Assembly (NCBI GenBank): GCA_028534125.1
Contig: CM052816.1
Coordinates: 73,472,001-73,536,000, forward strand
DNA from: Lama glama
Lineage: Eukaryota
Reading direction: 5' to 3'
Length of the DNA stretch: 64,000 nt
In this document: in pieces, positions 40,501-53,508 of the stretch
How the letters are laid out: every line of letters begins with the position of its first letter
How positions within the stretch are numbered: position 1 is the first letter of the stretch
Translations under genes and position numbers: made by a program
The notes under the pieces: generated by a model
Databases searched by the model: none
What the model was told of the DNA's origin: nothing
What the model saw: only the letters and a program-made list of their open reading frames with translations

Positions 40501-41714
40501 AAGCAGGTAACCATGGAAAGTGGAAGAAGACAGATTACCGCATAAAAGGAAAAAATAAAAATGACTCAGTTTTTAAATATTTCAAAACAAATCTTGTATT
40601 TCAAGGTACAGATTTGAACCAGGATGATCACAGATGCTCAGCTCTCATTAAATTCTGTAGTTAAGTTTCTTGTTTCTCCTCCCATGACTGTGACCTTTTT
40701 AGCCCATACTCTCAAAATGTTTGCAGTTTAGAGATAGAGACAGGAGATCTTCCCAGGCAGCTGGAAGATAATATAAGTTTATAATAAATTCCAAAGAAGC
40801 AGAACAGAATTTAAGTAAACAGCAACCTGTAATTGAGCGAGGGATGAATGACATGGAGAGGGTCACACTGAGGATAAGCGACTCCTGATAGACTTAGATA
40901 AGAAGAGAGGAGTACAAATATCCTACAAGAAGGAAGAGAAGCCTGTGGGCACAGAACCTTACATGAAGTTTTTAGGGAACAAATGCAGGCCAATGGGGAT
41001 GGAGCAGAGTTTACACATTGGTGGGTGTCATGAAATACAAAGTGAAATACACTAGAAAGTGCCATCATGTGAGAGGGAAGTATGTAAATATCCTTAGATT
41101 TGTGGACTTCAGTTTTCTGCTGAAGTATTGCATTATTTATACACTTACATAGTTTGCACTTAAAATCGGCCTTCTTTATTTTATTTTACTTTTTGAAGTG
41201 AAGAAAAAAAAGAAGAATCAGAGAAATATTTGGAAAGAGTATAAATATAGAGTAATTGACATAACCTACATGTATTAAAATTGTAGCTTGATCTGCCAAA
41301 AAAAAATTAAAAAATAAACAGAACTAATTTTATGCTAGAGACATAAAAAGTACTTCTGATCTAAACCAAATGGCATTATTTTTTGCACTCCTGATTTGCT
41401 AACTGATCATTACTTAAACATTTAAACTGTCTCCTCCTGCAGAAGTTCTTAACTCACACATATCACTGGGAAGGGGTTTTGCAGTTTTGCAGCAGATTTC
41501 CAAAGGGAGCTACTGAGGCATCAATATTACTTGGTCCAGTTGTATATTTTTTCTTGTCATTCATGTTCTAAATCTTAATTTTACTTGGTTTAGGTGATAA
41601 AGGAAAGAAACAAAGTAGACTACAGCTCATTTTCTTGCAAGAGTATACTTAGGTATTTTAAAAACAATCTAGGACCTGGATGCCAGCAGCATATATGCAA
41701 CTGCACCCACTATA

Positions 41715-42300
41715 AAGATCATGAGCTTTGGAGGTGAACTTGATGGAGAACCCAGGTTCTAAAACTGCATAGCACTCTGTAGTCGCCTTGGACAAATGGC
41801 TCCCAGAGTCTTGATCTGTGCAGCTGTTCAAGTGAGGCTAATAGTATCACCAGCCTCATCATTGTTGGAAGAATGAGTGCAAATTTACAGATGAGTTTGC
41901 AGATTTACAAATGAGACTGTAAATGTTCCCAGTATTTGGGATACATATGGCAACTTCTAAGACCTCAAAAAATGTTAGTTATTATTACCGTTTCAGGCTG
42001 TGACTACTGTGTTATTTTTAATTGTCCAATTTTTGGAAAAGATCCTTAAGTCACAGGATAATAAAAAATTTAAACAGTGATACATACCACCTTACTTTAC
42101 TTTATAGTTTATAAGGCACTTTAATGCTTTCATTAATTGAGTCAGAAAAAGTCAGTGAAATGGGTAAAATAGTCATTGTTACTCCCATTTTATCTTTAGA
42201 TGAGAAAATTGAGTCTAAAAGTTATGATGCCAGACTGAAGTTACACAGTTAGCCTAAGCGAGTAAGGATTCAGACCTAGGCCAGTTTCAGCTGCGGTGAC
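41715..42300. mobile_element. Two MIR SINEs, tail to tail (+ about 41715-41990; - about 42080-42300)
   Basis: gagctttggag...ccttggacaaatg...aaatgttagttattatta; cccatttta...agatgagaaaattgagtct...aagttacacagttag. Confidence 0.65.
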
Positions 42301-42399
42301 CTTCTGTCCTGATTTGCCTAGGTCAGTCTCAGTAAGTGCCTCTTGCTCTGGCCTATTATTAATAGCACCCTATTCACTATCAAAGTCCATTTGATACAT

Positions 42400-42945
42400 T
42401 ACATTATCACCCTAGTCTTAGCCATTCTGGTCTGTGTAAGGCACAATGCTACACAAGCCATTTCTCAATTAAACACTTTAATCTCTTCCCAGTGTCTGCA
42501 GAATAATGTCTCCATTTCTTTGCGTGTCATGTAAGGCCCTCATAATTTGTACCCTACCAACCCCCCAACCCCCTCATTCATTCCTATACACCCCATTATA
42601 GACATGCTGAGTAGTTGATTTTAGTTCCAGGACATGCCTTGTTCCCCCACATGCAGGCTTTGCTCAACTTTCTAGTTCCTGCCCTCATCCCCTTTCTTTC
42701 ACGTCCCAGTGAGATGTCTTCACTAGGAAACCTTCCTGATCACTCTGTTGTCCCCACAAAACCTGCACTTCTAAACCCTATATTTAGTATTTTAACACAA
42801 TCTCACACTTCATTCATTTACCCATTTAGTCTCACACACAGAAGGCTTGTTGAGGGTGAGATCTGTATGTCTCACCCTGACCTTTATATGCAAGCCCTTA
42901 ATACACTGACTGGCATATAATGGGTCCTCTCTTTATATTTATCAG
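42400..42945 (+). mobile_element. L2 3' fragment
   Basis: aaggccctcataatttg...; gaaggcttgttgagggtgagatctgtatgtct...actggcatataatggg. Confidence 0.55.
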
Positions 42946-43625
42946 ATTAAACTGCTCTTTTAACTGCATGTTCTTGATCCAAGACACTCAGACTTTCTTG
43001 GTTTTGTCACCTGGTCTGGAAAGAGTGATTGACATATTACCTACTTGAAAAATGTGGTTGAAGTAAATTATCTTTTAAAATCTCATGGTTCTGAAGTCTA
43101 CAGTTCTGAGAACTTAGAAGATAGGCCAGGCCTCATTACTTAACAAAATGTTAAGTACTTACGTTCATAGAAACTTCTGAATGGAAATTTGTGTAATCCT
43201 TGAAATCAGATTGTTTCCCATATTTCTCCAGTTTGCCTAAGGTTACATGATGAATGCACTTTCTTTTAAAATGCAGTCTCTTTTAAATGCTGACTGTGAG
43301 ACAGTTTTGTATGGTTTCAGAGTTGTAGTTCAGTCCTGGGATAATTTGGTGACAATTAAGAAATGAGCAGTTCTTGGTAATTCATTTAGAGAAGAAGAAT
43401 GTACTGCAGAAGAGTGGGAGTAAAGGGACATGGTTCATAGTCTTGGCTGTGCCAAAACATCTGTGTGCAATCTGCGGCTCATCGTTTACTTTATCTTGGC
43501 TCCAGAAACTTAATCTATGAAATGGGTCTATTAAATAAAATTATTAAAATATTTTTGTTCAATACACTCGTATCCTAGATTAAGGACCAGATTCTAGGAG
43601 TATGCCTATTTTAGGAGATAATAAC

Positions 43626-46113
43626 TATTGCATGCTGAATAATAGTCACCTGCAGATATCAGGTTCTAATCCCTAGAGTATATGAATGTTACTTTCCATG
43701 ATAAAATTTTTACAGGTGTGATTAAGTTAAGGATCTTGAGATGAGGAAATTATCTTGCAATGTCAAGGTGGGTCCTAAATGCTATCACTTTCTCTTATAA
43801 AATAGAAATATGGAGATTACACACACATAGAGGGCAAAAGGCAATTTGATGATGGAAGCAGAGAAAAAGATGTAAAGATGCAGCACTTTGGCTCTAAAGA
43901 CAGATGAAGGAGCCAAGGGCCATGGAACATGGCTGTAAGAGCTGGAAAAGGAGAAGAACAGATTCTCCCCCTAGAGTCTATGGGAGGAGCTTGGCCCTGC
44001 GGACACCTTGATGTGAGCCCAATGAGGCTGATGATAGGCTTCTGGCCTCCAGACATGTGAAAGAGTAAATTTCTAGTGTCTTACGACACCAAGTTAGTGG
44101 TAATTTGTTACAACAGCCACAGAAACCAGTACAGATTCTGATGCCTCAGAGTGGGGTGATGCTGTGACAAACACCTAAAATGGGGAAGTGGCTTTGAAGC
44201 TGGGTAATGGGTAGGGGCTGGAAGTATATTGAGGCACACGTTGGAAAAAGCCCAGATTGCCTTAAACATGCTTTTGGTAGAATTACGGACATTAAAGACT
44301 CTCTGATGAGGGCTCAGAAAGAAGTGAAGCGTGTAGTAGAGGAAGCCTGTGTCATCTTAGAGAGTACATACATCTTCCCAGAGAGAGTGTTGGTAGAAAT
44401 ACAAGTATTAAAAGTGCTTCTGGTGAGAGGTCAGGGAAATGGGGAGCCTGACATTGGAAACTGGAGAAAAGGCAGTCCGTGGTACACAGTGGCAGGTACC
44501 TGGGTGACCTGTGTCTTACAGTTGTGTGGAAAGCAGCACCTGTAAGTGGTGAAGCTACAAATTTAGGTGAGGCGGTTTTCAAGGAAAGTGTTAAAGGTAC
44601 AGCCTGGTTTCTTCTTGCTGCTTACAGTAAAATGTGAGAGGAAGGAAATAACGTGAAGAAAGAACCATTAAGCAAAAGGAACCAACACTTGATTTGGGAA
44701 ATTCTCAGCCTAACCAGTTTGCAAAAGATGCTTAATTAGGAGATTCAGTATTAGGAAAGTATGCTCTAAAGAAAGGGCCAATGGTGTTCCAGGATAGCCT
44801 TATGCTAGTGCTGAAAAGATGAAGCATGTGACCTGGGTTGCCTCGGCCGTCTCAACTGAAGCCAAGAATAGAGATTATCAATGATCTGGGGAGGATCTTC
44901 TTGTCTACTGACATGAATGCCTGTGACATACACATGAGACGCATAAAGTTTTTGAGAATATTGTATCAGCAAAAACACTGCCTGCTGGCACTGAAAGAAA
45001 CTGAGACAGGACAAAATGAAGGAAAGCTGTCAGACTCTCCAAATTCTACAAGCAGGAAACAGACTGATGAAACTTTTCAGCTGCAAATGCATGCTAGCTT
45101 TCAAGGAAAAGGTAGGATCATGGTGAGGGCAGAGCCTTGAGCACAGAGGGCAGAACAACAGGTGCAAAAGCAGGACCCTCAGGCCACAAAGGACTAGTCC
45201 CAGGACTTGAAACGTAATGAAATTTGCCCTGCTGGGTTTTGAAATTGGTTGGGACTGGTGACCCTTTTCTTCCTTTCATTTTTCTGTTTCCCTTTCTTGT
45301 AATTGAAATATTTATAACACTTGTACTACGCCTGTTTCACCATTGTACTTGGGGTACAGATACCTTATTTTCCAGTTTTACAGATCCAGAGACATGGAGG
45401 AATTTTGTCCTAAGATGGATCATACCCAGAGTCTCACCCATACCTGATTGAGATTATTTAGGTGATGAGACGAGATTTTTGAGTTTGTTATACTTAAATG
45501 AGATTTTGGACCGAAGTTTATGCTTTAATGTGTGGAAACTTTGGGGGATGTTGATGTTGGGTGAATATACTTTACATATGGAATGGATGTAAATTTGGGG
45601 AGTCCAGAAGGTGGACTGTAGTATGCTGATGTCCATCCAAACATATCAGGTCCTAATCACTGAAACCTGTGAATGTTATCTTGTATAGTAAAGTTTTGCA
45701 GATGTTATTAAAAACCTTGAGATGAGGAGATTGAGATTATCCTAGATCATGCAAGTAGGCCCTAAGTACTATTACAAATGTCTTTATAAGATGGAGGCAA
45801 AGGGAGTTTTGACACACACATAGAAGGTAGAGGGTGATTTGATGATGGAAGCAAAGAGAGAGAGATTTGGAGACAGAGGAATGTCCATGAGCTAAGAAGT
45901 GTGCCTCGAGAAGCTGGAAGCTGGAAGAGGCAAGGAATGGTTTCTCCCCTAAAGAGCCTCCAGAGGGAATGTTGCCCCACCAAAACTTGATTTCAGCCCG
46001 GTGAAACTGATCATGGACTCCTGGCCCCCAGAACCGTGAGAGGATGAGTTCCCGTTGTTTGAAGCCACTGACCTTGTGATAATTTGTTACAGCAGCCTAA
46101 GGAAACTAATACA
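43626..46113 (+). mobile_element. Complete MaLR provirus (MLT1C/D-like): 5' LTR 43626-44133, internal 44134-45616, 3' LTR 45617-46113
   Basis: Two homologous ~500-bp LTRs ending taatttgttac...gaaaccagtaca and ...ggaaactaataca. Internal region starts gattctgatgcctcagagtggggtgatgctg; purine tract precedes the 3' LTR. 5-bp flanks ataac (43621-43625) / gtaac (46114-46118). Confidence 0.9.
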
Positions 46114-46164
46114 GTAACCTATGGCAGATTTATGTGGCCCAAATTAAGAATGATTTGACAAAAG

Positions 46165-46370
46165 CAGTAACATCATAGCAAGTCCTAAGCATGGACTCAA
46201 ATGGATGTGAGTTCCAACACTTTATCCACCACTTACTACTTGTGTGACTGAGAGAGGACTCAGCTTCTGATTCTTCGTCTGATCAATAAATATTAAAATA
46301 ACGTATGTAAAAATGTCTAGCAAGGTATTAGGCTCATAATGGAAACCCAAATTTTAGTTGAATCTAAACT
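46165..46370 (+). mobile_element. MIR SINE
   Basis: agcatggactc...tgagttccaa...ccaccacttactacttgtgtgact...tatgtaaaaatgtctagca. Confidence 0.65.
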
Positions 46371-47498
46371 GATGACAAGTTGAAATGACTACATATCTGC
46401 AAAGCAGTTTTTAAAATATAGTTTATTTATGCATCGCACCTTGACTGCTGGGCTCTACAAGAGCAAAGAAAGGCAGGTTCTGCTTGTCTGATGCAGAACC
46501 TGCCGATAAAGGTGGTCTGTTTGTTCATTGGGCTGTTAATTCAATCCTCAGTGATCCAAGAGCCACTCTCCTGAAGATGCATACTAAACCAACTTATAGT
46601 TAAAGATGATAGAATATCTATTTAATAAATAGCTAATTAGCATAATTACAATGTAAGCAGGTCATACTCTCTGAAATATTTCAGTCTGTAAGTATGTTGG
46701 TTACTGGACTTAGGCTCTCTTTGAAACTACACCCTACGTCATCTATCATCTTTCTCTTTGGATAGAATTCATGTAATAGCCCGTGTTCAAGCCTCTCACA
46801 TCCAAAATGTTTCCATAATAGTATAACCCACCTAAAATTTATTATCATGACTGTTTATATATCATGAAATTTTAAGGCCTGAGAAGCATGATTCTAAAAG
46901 TGGCATTTCCTCTTACAGAAAATTAATTTCTCTCACAGTAATAGAAGCTATGAAGTTGTAAACAATAGATAAATGTTTTATTGTTATGTCTTAGGGTAAT
47001 GGAACTTTTTCCAAGCTGAGGCTGACAGTGGCATCTCCTAATTTAGAGTGTTATGGAGTTCACTCCTTTTCCTCCTTAAGACTCATTGTTAACTGAGTGC
47101 TGGGATTATAGTAATTTGAGAAGAGAGGTGGGTACAATTAGGAACAGGGCTCTGATGCATAGAAACTGGGTATAAGACCTGACCCAGGACTGTCTTGAGC
47201 ACAGTGACCATGCTAGAGGTGAGGATCAGTCCTCCCAGCCCTGGTGGCATTTAAAGATTTTTACTTACAGTCTCTGAAACCAGGCAAATAACATAGGTCC
47301 ATCCAAACCTGCTGGAGGCTCCTGAAACTTTCTTAGCAATAGAATGGCCACAGTGTCAGTTCTGAGTTATGGTTTGAGAGCCAGCCCCTATCCATTTCTC
47401 TTAATTATAATCAGATTCCTTTTAATAAGTCCCTAGAAAAGAGGTCTGAAGCGAAAGGAGAGGCCAGATTTGAAACAGCTAATAATAATAGGCAATGC

Positions 47499-47699
47499 TA
47501 CGTGTTTCTCAAACTTGGGCCAGTGGACCACATGATTAGAAAGAACCAGGACGTTTGCTCAAAATGCAAATTTATGAGTCCTATTCCAGAAGTACTGCAT
47601 GAGGGAAGAGGGGATGGGTCAGAGGGGACACACAGGAATTTGAATGCTATTAAATACCCTAGGCAATTCTCAATGCCAACAAACCTCTAAGAAACAATA
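47499..47699. mobile_element. MER5-like hAT-Charlie MITE
   Basis: gtgtttctcaaactt...ttgctcaaaatgcaaatt...caggaatttgaat...ccctaggcaattct...taagaaaca. Confidence 0.6.
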
Positions 47700-49664
47700 A
47701 AATTTAAGGGTGACACTAAGTTAGGTGTAGACACAATGGGATGAAAGGCCAAAAGTGTTTTGATTTTAGGATAATCTGAAAAACTTGACAGAATGAACTT
47801 CATGCACATACTCCATTGTCTGTACGCCTTCCATTTTTGCACATATTCTGGGAAAGATACCAGCAGTCGTGTATTCTGTAAAGAGGAAGTGACTTTTTAA
47901 AGTTAAGACATATGCTGAAGTTTAAATGCTCTTTAGTCGGTGGAAGATTTTCTGATAAATCTGAGATTAGGTCAGTTTCCAGCTCACTATTGTAAGTCTG
48001 CGAGCTGTACGTATGCTACGTCTGGGGCGAGGGGAGAGAAGACGTGGTACCCGTCTAAAACTGGCTCTGTTCTCACCGTGTCAGATTGCTCTGCCCCCTG
48101 CTATTTATGAGGAAGAGCTGGGGGAGCTACACTAAACAACAGATGCACAAACAATTAGTGATTCAGGGTGCCTTCCTGCCTTTTTTTTTAAGCCACAGGA
48201 ATTTGTTCATAAGCGCCTCTAATCCCAAGAGTGTTGGCAGAAATCTAGCCCTCAGAGTAATCACTTGAATTTGTGGCACAGCTTCCAAAGCTGAAAACAT
48301 AAAAAAGTAATACTGATGAGATGCTCTAATTTCCTCAGGAAAGATCTTTCGAGCTCAAGCAACTCCTTAATATCTTATGAGTTATTGAAAGAAATTCCTC
48401 TTTATTGCAAGGATTTTTTTCTTTCAGCTGTGGAAAGTATTTTTGTTTCAGTTCCTGTGTGTGACCCTCTTTTCAGATGATGGGGACTGGCACCACGGTA
48501 AGAACTATGACTGTCTCCACAGTGGTTGTTCCAGAGTATGTCAACTATAGGTTCCCACTTGGTGTCAGTGGCATTTCTTTTTACCTACAAAAGACACCTT
48601 GGACCAGATTTACAGCCCGTATAACTCATGGAATGTCCCCTGCAAAGTCACAGGAACTATGAATCTGGAAATGTTAATAAAGAATTGAAAACACTTAGCA
48701 CACCCTCCGATGCATCTTTTTTTTCCTACATATTTGTTTTCTTTTTACATATTTTTCTTTGTACTAAAAGCTTCGAAGTTATTTAATAAGATTAATCCAA
48801 ATATGTTCAGTGGAGCTTAGCACTGTGCAACCAGTGACATTGTCCATAATATATTAGAGTGAGATGGTTACTGTACTGAGCAACTATAAGTATAGTATGA
48901 TTGAGCTTTTCACAATCCAAAAAGACTTCATGGGGTTTGAAATTATTTGTTATATCCCGTTGTGCTATAGGAAGCAACTGGCCAAAGGCGTTTTTGCCAT
49001 AATGTTTTGTATTCCAAAGGCATCAAATTATTTCAACAATTAAAGAACCAAAAACTGAACACTTGATTTTATTCACCATCAATTGTCATATTATTTTCTT
49101 TTCTGGTGACAGTGATTATAGAATACAAGTGTGCTGTTCTAGATCTTCTTACCCTCCCATGTCCTTATTCAGTGACTAACACTTTAGTTGAATTAACAAT
49201 GTTTTCAACTAATACCAGTGAGATTTTTAGATGCAGCAGAGCTCAATACTAGAAAGAGAAAAATTAGAACTTGGAATAAATGTTATTATTCATTATATTC
49301 TTATTTTATATTAAAAATAAATGAAGCATTCAGTAATATTCCAAAATCTCTTAGCTTGACTACGTAAAAAAAAATCTTTGTTTTCCTATGTTGATCATGG
49401 AAAATGTTTTGAGGCAGTTCAGTTTTAATTAGCACTTGAGTTCTTCATGTGACATTGTTGGGCTTTTTAAAATCATTTTGGACAGAAGCAGAATCCACTG
49501 AATATACAGGTAAAGGGTTAAAGCAACAACAGCAACAACAACATAACAAGGACTATAGTAGGCAGCCCTGAATAATTGGTACAAACAAAGTAAATGTTCT
49601 CACTACCGATATCTAGCTCCATGGCTTTAGATATTATTTCAGGTCTGGTTTTAGAATGTGATAA

Positions 49665-49910
49665 AATAATAATAACAGCTAATGATCCTGAATACCTAGT
49701 CCTAAACACTTTACATGTATATTCATTTAATTTCCAGCAACCCCAGGTTGTGGATACTAGTGTCATCCTAATTTACAGATGGACAAATCTGAAGCCACCA
49801 AGAGACTGACTAATTTCACTGAACTATTACAGTTAAGAAGTGGTAGAACTAGAACTTGAACCCAGGTAGAGGGGCTCTGGTGCACATGCACTTAATCACT
49901 ATAATATTGT
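49665..49910 (-). mobile_element. MIR SINE, near full length
   Basis: ataataacagctaa...cactttacatgtatattcatttaat...tttacagatggacaaatctgaag...agaacttgaacccagg...cttaatcactat. Confidence 0.8.
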
Positions 49911-52417
49911 GCCCTTCAATAAGATACAACATGTAATTCGTCTAATTTGAAATCCTTTAGTCAAGCAGAGGCAAACTGGGTACTGTGGTACAACAGCAGA
50001 TTAAATGTTATAGTTGGAGGAGCCTTATATAATTTTCTATGCTTTCTTGACTCAACTTTGTCCATATAAAGACCAAAGAATGTCCCATCTTGCCATCTAC
50101 AAATGTGTACCTGCTGTTGCAAAAATCTCGCTCCTGATCACCGTTGTCTTCACAATGACGAAAATAAGAAACAGATCAAAAAATATATGTACTTTTCCAG
50201 TAGTAAGCTTTTTAAAGAATGGTAAACTGGAAATGTTTTAAAATAAAGTTTTAAACTATGAGTTTATTTTTCTATTAATTCTTTCAGCTTAGAATTCTTT
50301 GTGTCATTCATTTAATATCAAAGATGATACTGTTGACCTAATCATATATGAAAAGAAAACATTTACTCTGTTTTCTTGCAGTTTGGGAAATATTTGTCTT
50401 GATGCCAAACTGCCTGAAGACATACTCTTTCACTAAGAAAGCACAATTTTAAGAGAAGTTTACTTAGATTTGCTGATCTTTTCCCTTTTACTTAATGTCT
50501 CAATAGTTGCCAAGTTCAAGACTAAAAGTATTCTCTTTATTAAAGGAAGTCATCCATATTAAAAATGAGTACATGTGGATGTAAGAGTTTAAGTCCAAAG
50601 GAGAACTTAAAAATGATCCAAATATTGAATCAAATAACATATTTATTTGCTCATCTTATCAAATGCCTTTCCTAATGAATTTCAACCAAACTAACCTAGA
50701 ATCAGCTTTTGACATATCTCATGTTAATGGTAGATTTGCTTTCTGCTTTTGAAGGCAAATTAATATTCACAAATCATATGTCACAAGCCACTAAAAGTGT
50801 CAGAATCCCACAGCAGGCCCTTGGTGGCTTGTTAATCTCTCCTGTTTAAAGGAAACAGACTAATTCACTTAAATATAATGAAAGCCATGCCTGCTCCAGC
50901 CTGGTCCCTCAAAGAGTGTCAGCCCATGCAAGCCCTGCCTTCTTTCTTCACCTCCTTCTTTCCTGGCTCTGACAATTAAACATGAAACTAAGAAGCAATG
51001 ATTTCCTTAATGTTGCCATGTCTGAGTTATTTCAGATGTCACATATATACAGAATGTAGAATCCTTTTTTTTTCTTTTTTTCTTTTGCATGGAAAATGTA
51101 TATCAGGAGATCTCTGCCCATCTCTCACCATTGTTCTGAACAAAGCATAAAAGATAAACCAGGATGTTAAGTGGGGAGACCAGATGTATATATAACCTTT
51201 TGCCCTCATTATCCTAATTGACTTCTATTAGGGGGAGGGAGGAACAAACCAAGTAGTACAAAATAGGAAATAATTTATAAAGAGGTATGAGAGTGAACTT
51301 TTACAGTGGATTGGCTAAAATCTGGAAGTATTATGGTCAGAGTGATAGAAGAACAGTTTTCAAAAGAATCAAATCAAAGATAATTGCTCTATCTAGGAGG
51401 GAGGGAAAGACTTTACCTTGATTCTGTGCACCCAGAAATTGTCTAACTGTGGGTATATTGTGCCTGAGCTATATTATTTTTAACATTTTTCATTTATTTT
51501 TATATTTTGGAGGGAGAGCCCAATGTTCCCTGACTCTTATTGCCCAGATACACACAACCCACACATGTCTGGCTAATTATATTTGTAGTTAATTCCCTCT
51601 TTTAATCTTGTGTATTTTTCCCTTTTAATAGCATTAGCTGTTTGTGTTACTCCATGCTGAAACTACCTGTGACATTTAGTGAGGTTAGATCTTCTGATCA
51701 AGTACCTTAGTGACAAAGTAAGGAAACTGGGACTGGGATGAGAACTTCCGAGGAGGAACCAGATTTTTACTTTTAACATATGTCTTAATTCAGTGCTTAG
51801 AGTCATAAGAATAAAAATCTGGAGTTAGGACATTTAGAGGGAAAAAACAATTTTCATTGCAAGCATACTGTACATGTTAGTCATGGCTCAGTGGAGTAGG
51901 AATTTTATGGAGCAAGAAGGGGGAGGTGCAAGAAGAAGGTTTTGAATTTTCTTCCAAATGTACTTTTAAAATAGCGTTGCAGAACCAGGATTTATGGAGA
52001 AAGAAAGCAATAACAGAAAGAAAGCTTTTTCTTTTGGCACATTATTTGAGAACTGGATTGACTGCCAGGGAAGGGGCATGAAGAGATGAAGGGGAGGTGA
52101 GTGAGTGAAGAGCCTCCCAGTGTGGCAACATCTGGAGTCCTACCAATCTGCCACAGCCCACTGATCGCTAATCCTGGGGTGCGAAGTCTGAGTGGCGGTT
52201 GCAGGTATGGAAGGAGCGTCCAGGGGCTCCTGAGGTCGCCCCCACTCGCCCTCCGCAAACCACACTCTGTCTTTTTAGTCGCAAAACACCTACACCAACA
52301 TCTGACAATGATCATCATCATTAAAGAATCTGTGGGGCTCATCAATAGCCCATTCCACTGTTGGAGAATACACATGGATATATGTTAAAACTCTGCCCTA
52401 AATTTGTGGTTCTCTAA

Positions 52418-52554
52418 CTTTAATCTTTTCGGGGGTGGGGAGGTAGGCAGTTAGGTTTACTTGGTTGTTTATTTGTAGAGGAGGTACTGGGGATTGAACC
52501 CAGGACCTCATGCATGCTAGGCATGCGCTCTACCACTTGAGCTATATCCTCCCC
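52418..52554 (-). mobile_element. tRNA-Ala-derived SINE (camelid vic-1 type)
   Basis: Minus strand ggggaggatatagctcaagtggtagagcgcatgcctagcatgcatgaggtcctgggttcaatccccagtacctcc with Pol III A and B boxes, then a non-tRNA tail. 13-bp TSD t(g/c)tggttctctaa at 52405-52417 / 52555-52567. Confidence 0.9.
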
Positions 52555-52659
52555 TCTGGTTCTCTAATCTTAGCTCATTTTGTCTTGGTTTCTCAGTGAG
52601 CATGAGAGATAACTGAGTAGCCTACTTAATATCTTTACCATGACCTATTTAAAAATCTA

Positions 52660-52885
52660 CATTTCCCATTTATTTGTGTCTTCTTCAGCTCTTTCATTAA
52701 TGTCTTACAATTTTCAGTGTACAGATCTTTCATCTCCTTGGTTAAATTTGTTCTTAAACATTTTATTGTTTTTGACACTATTGTTAATGGAGTTGTTTTC
52801 TTTCTTTCTTTTTCAGATAGTTGCTTGATAGGGTATAGAAATGGAACTGATTTTTGCATGTTGGTTTTGTATCCTGCAACTTTAC
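52660..52885 (-). mobile_element. L1 ORF2 internal fragment
   Basis: Track ORF 52635..52859 QKSVPFLY...TIKCLRTNLTKEMKDLYTENCKTLMKE is ORF2p-like. Confidence 0.85.
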
Positions 52886-53197
52886 ATTTTCAGTGTAAAA
52901 ATCATCTGCAGAAAACTATCCACAGAGATTATACTGCCAGATTTCCATTTGGATTTCTTTGAATCAAAAGGATTTATACTGTGTTTGAATTCACTCAGAT
53001 ACTTTATTTGCTTTACAGGACTTTCATATACATGATCTTACTTGGTTTTCACAGTAGTTCTTTGATTGGGCAGAGTAGGTGGTAATATCTTCCTTATATA
53101 CGTGAAAAAACTAATCATTTTGCACTTAAGTTATAATTATCTCCCTCTGGTTTCTAATTAACAATCTTTCCATCACACAGTTATATTTCTCTTAGAA

Positions 53198-53414
53198 CAG
53201 GGTTTCCTAGCCACAGCACTACTGACATTTTGGGTTGGACAATTCTTTGTTGTGGGAGGCTTCCAGATGAATTATAGGATATTCAGCAGCATCCCCAATC
53301 TCTCCCCACTAGATGCCAGTAATACCCCTCTCCTAGTTGTGACAACCAAAATTGTCACCGCCATGGTCCATGGGCTGGGAGACCGAAAACTTGAGTCTAT
53401 CTGGTGAATCACTG
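53198..53414. mobile_element. MER20 hAT-Charlie MITE, about full length
   Basis: cagggtttcc...gcactactgacattttgggttggacaattctttgttgtggga...cagcagcatccc...ccactagatgccagta...gttgtgacaaccaaaa...gaatcactg. Confidence 0.85.
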
Positions 53415-53508
53415 TACTCTCTTACTGTTAGGTATCATGAACTCCCCTCAGTGTAAGATGTGTATCATTCTATTAAAATACATAGGATTGTTGAGTTACC
53501 ATCTTTTT

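Noticed and set aside
44207..45451. ORFs in the MaLR internal region
   Set aside because: Fragmented across frames; no gag/pol/env-length frame.
52175..52260. GC/CpG patch and flanking 95-127 aa ORFs
   Set aside because: Weak CTCF resemblance only; ORFs lack recognisable homology or splice structure.
52480..52554. tRNA-Ala(AGC) gene
   Set aside because: Has a non-tRNA tail, a TSD and an imperfect acceptor stem, so it is a SINE head.
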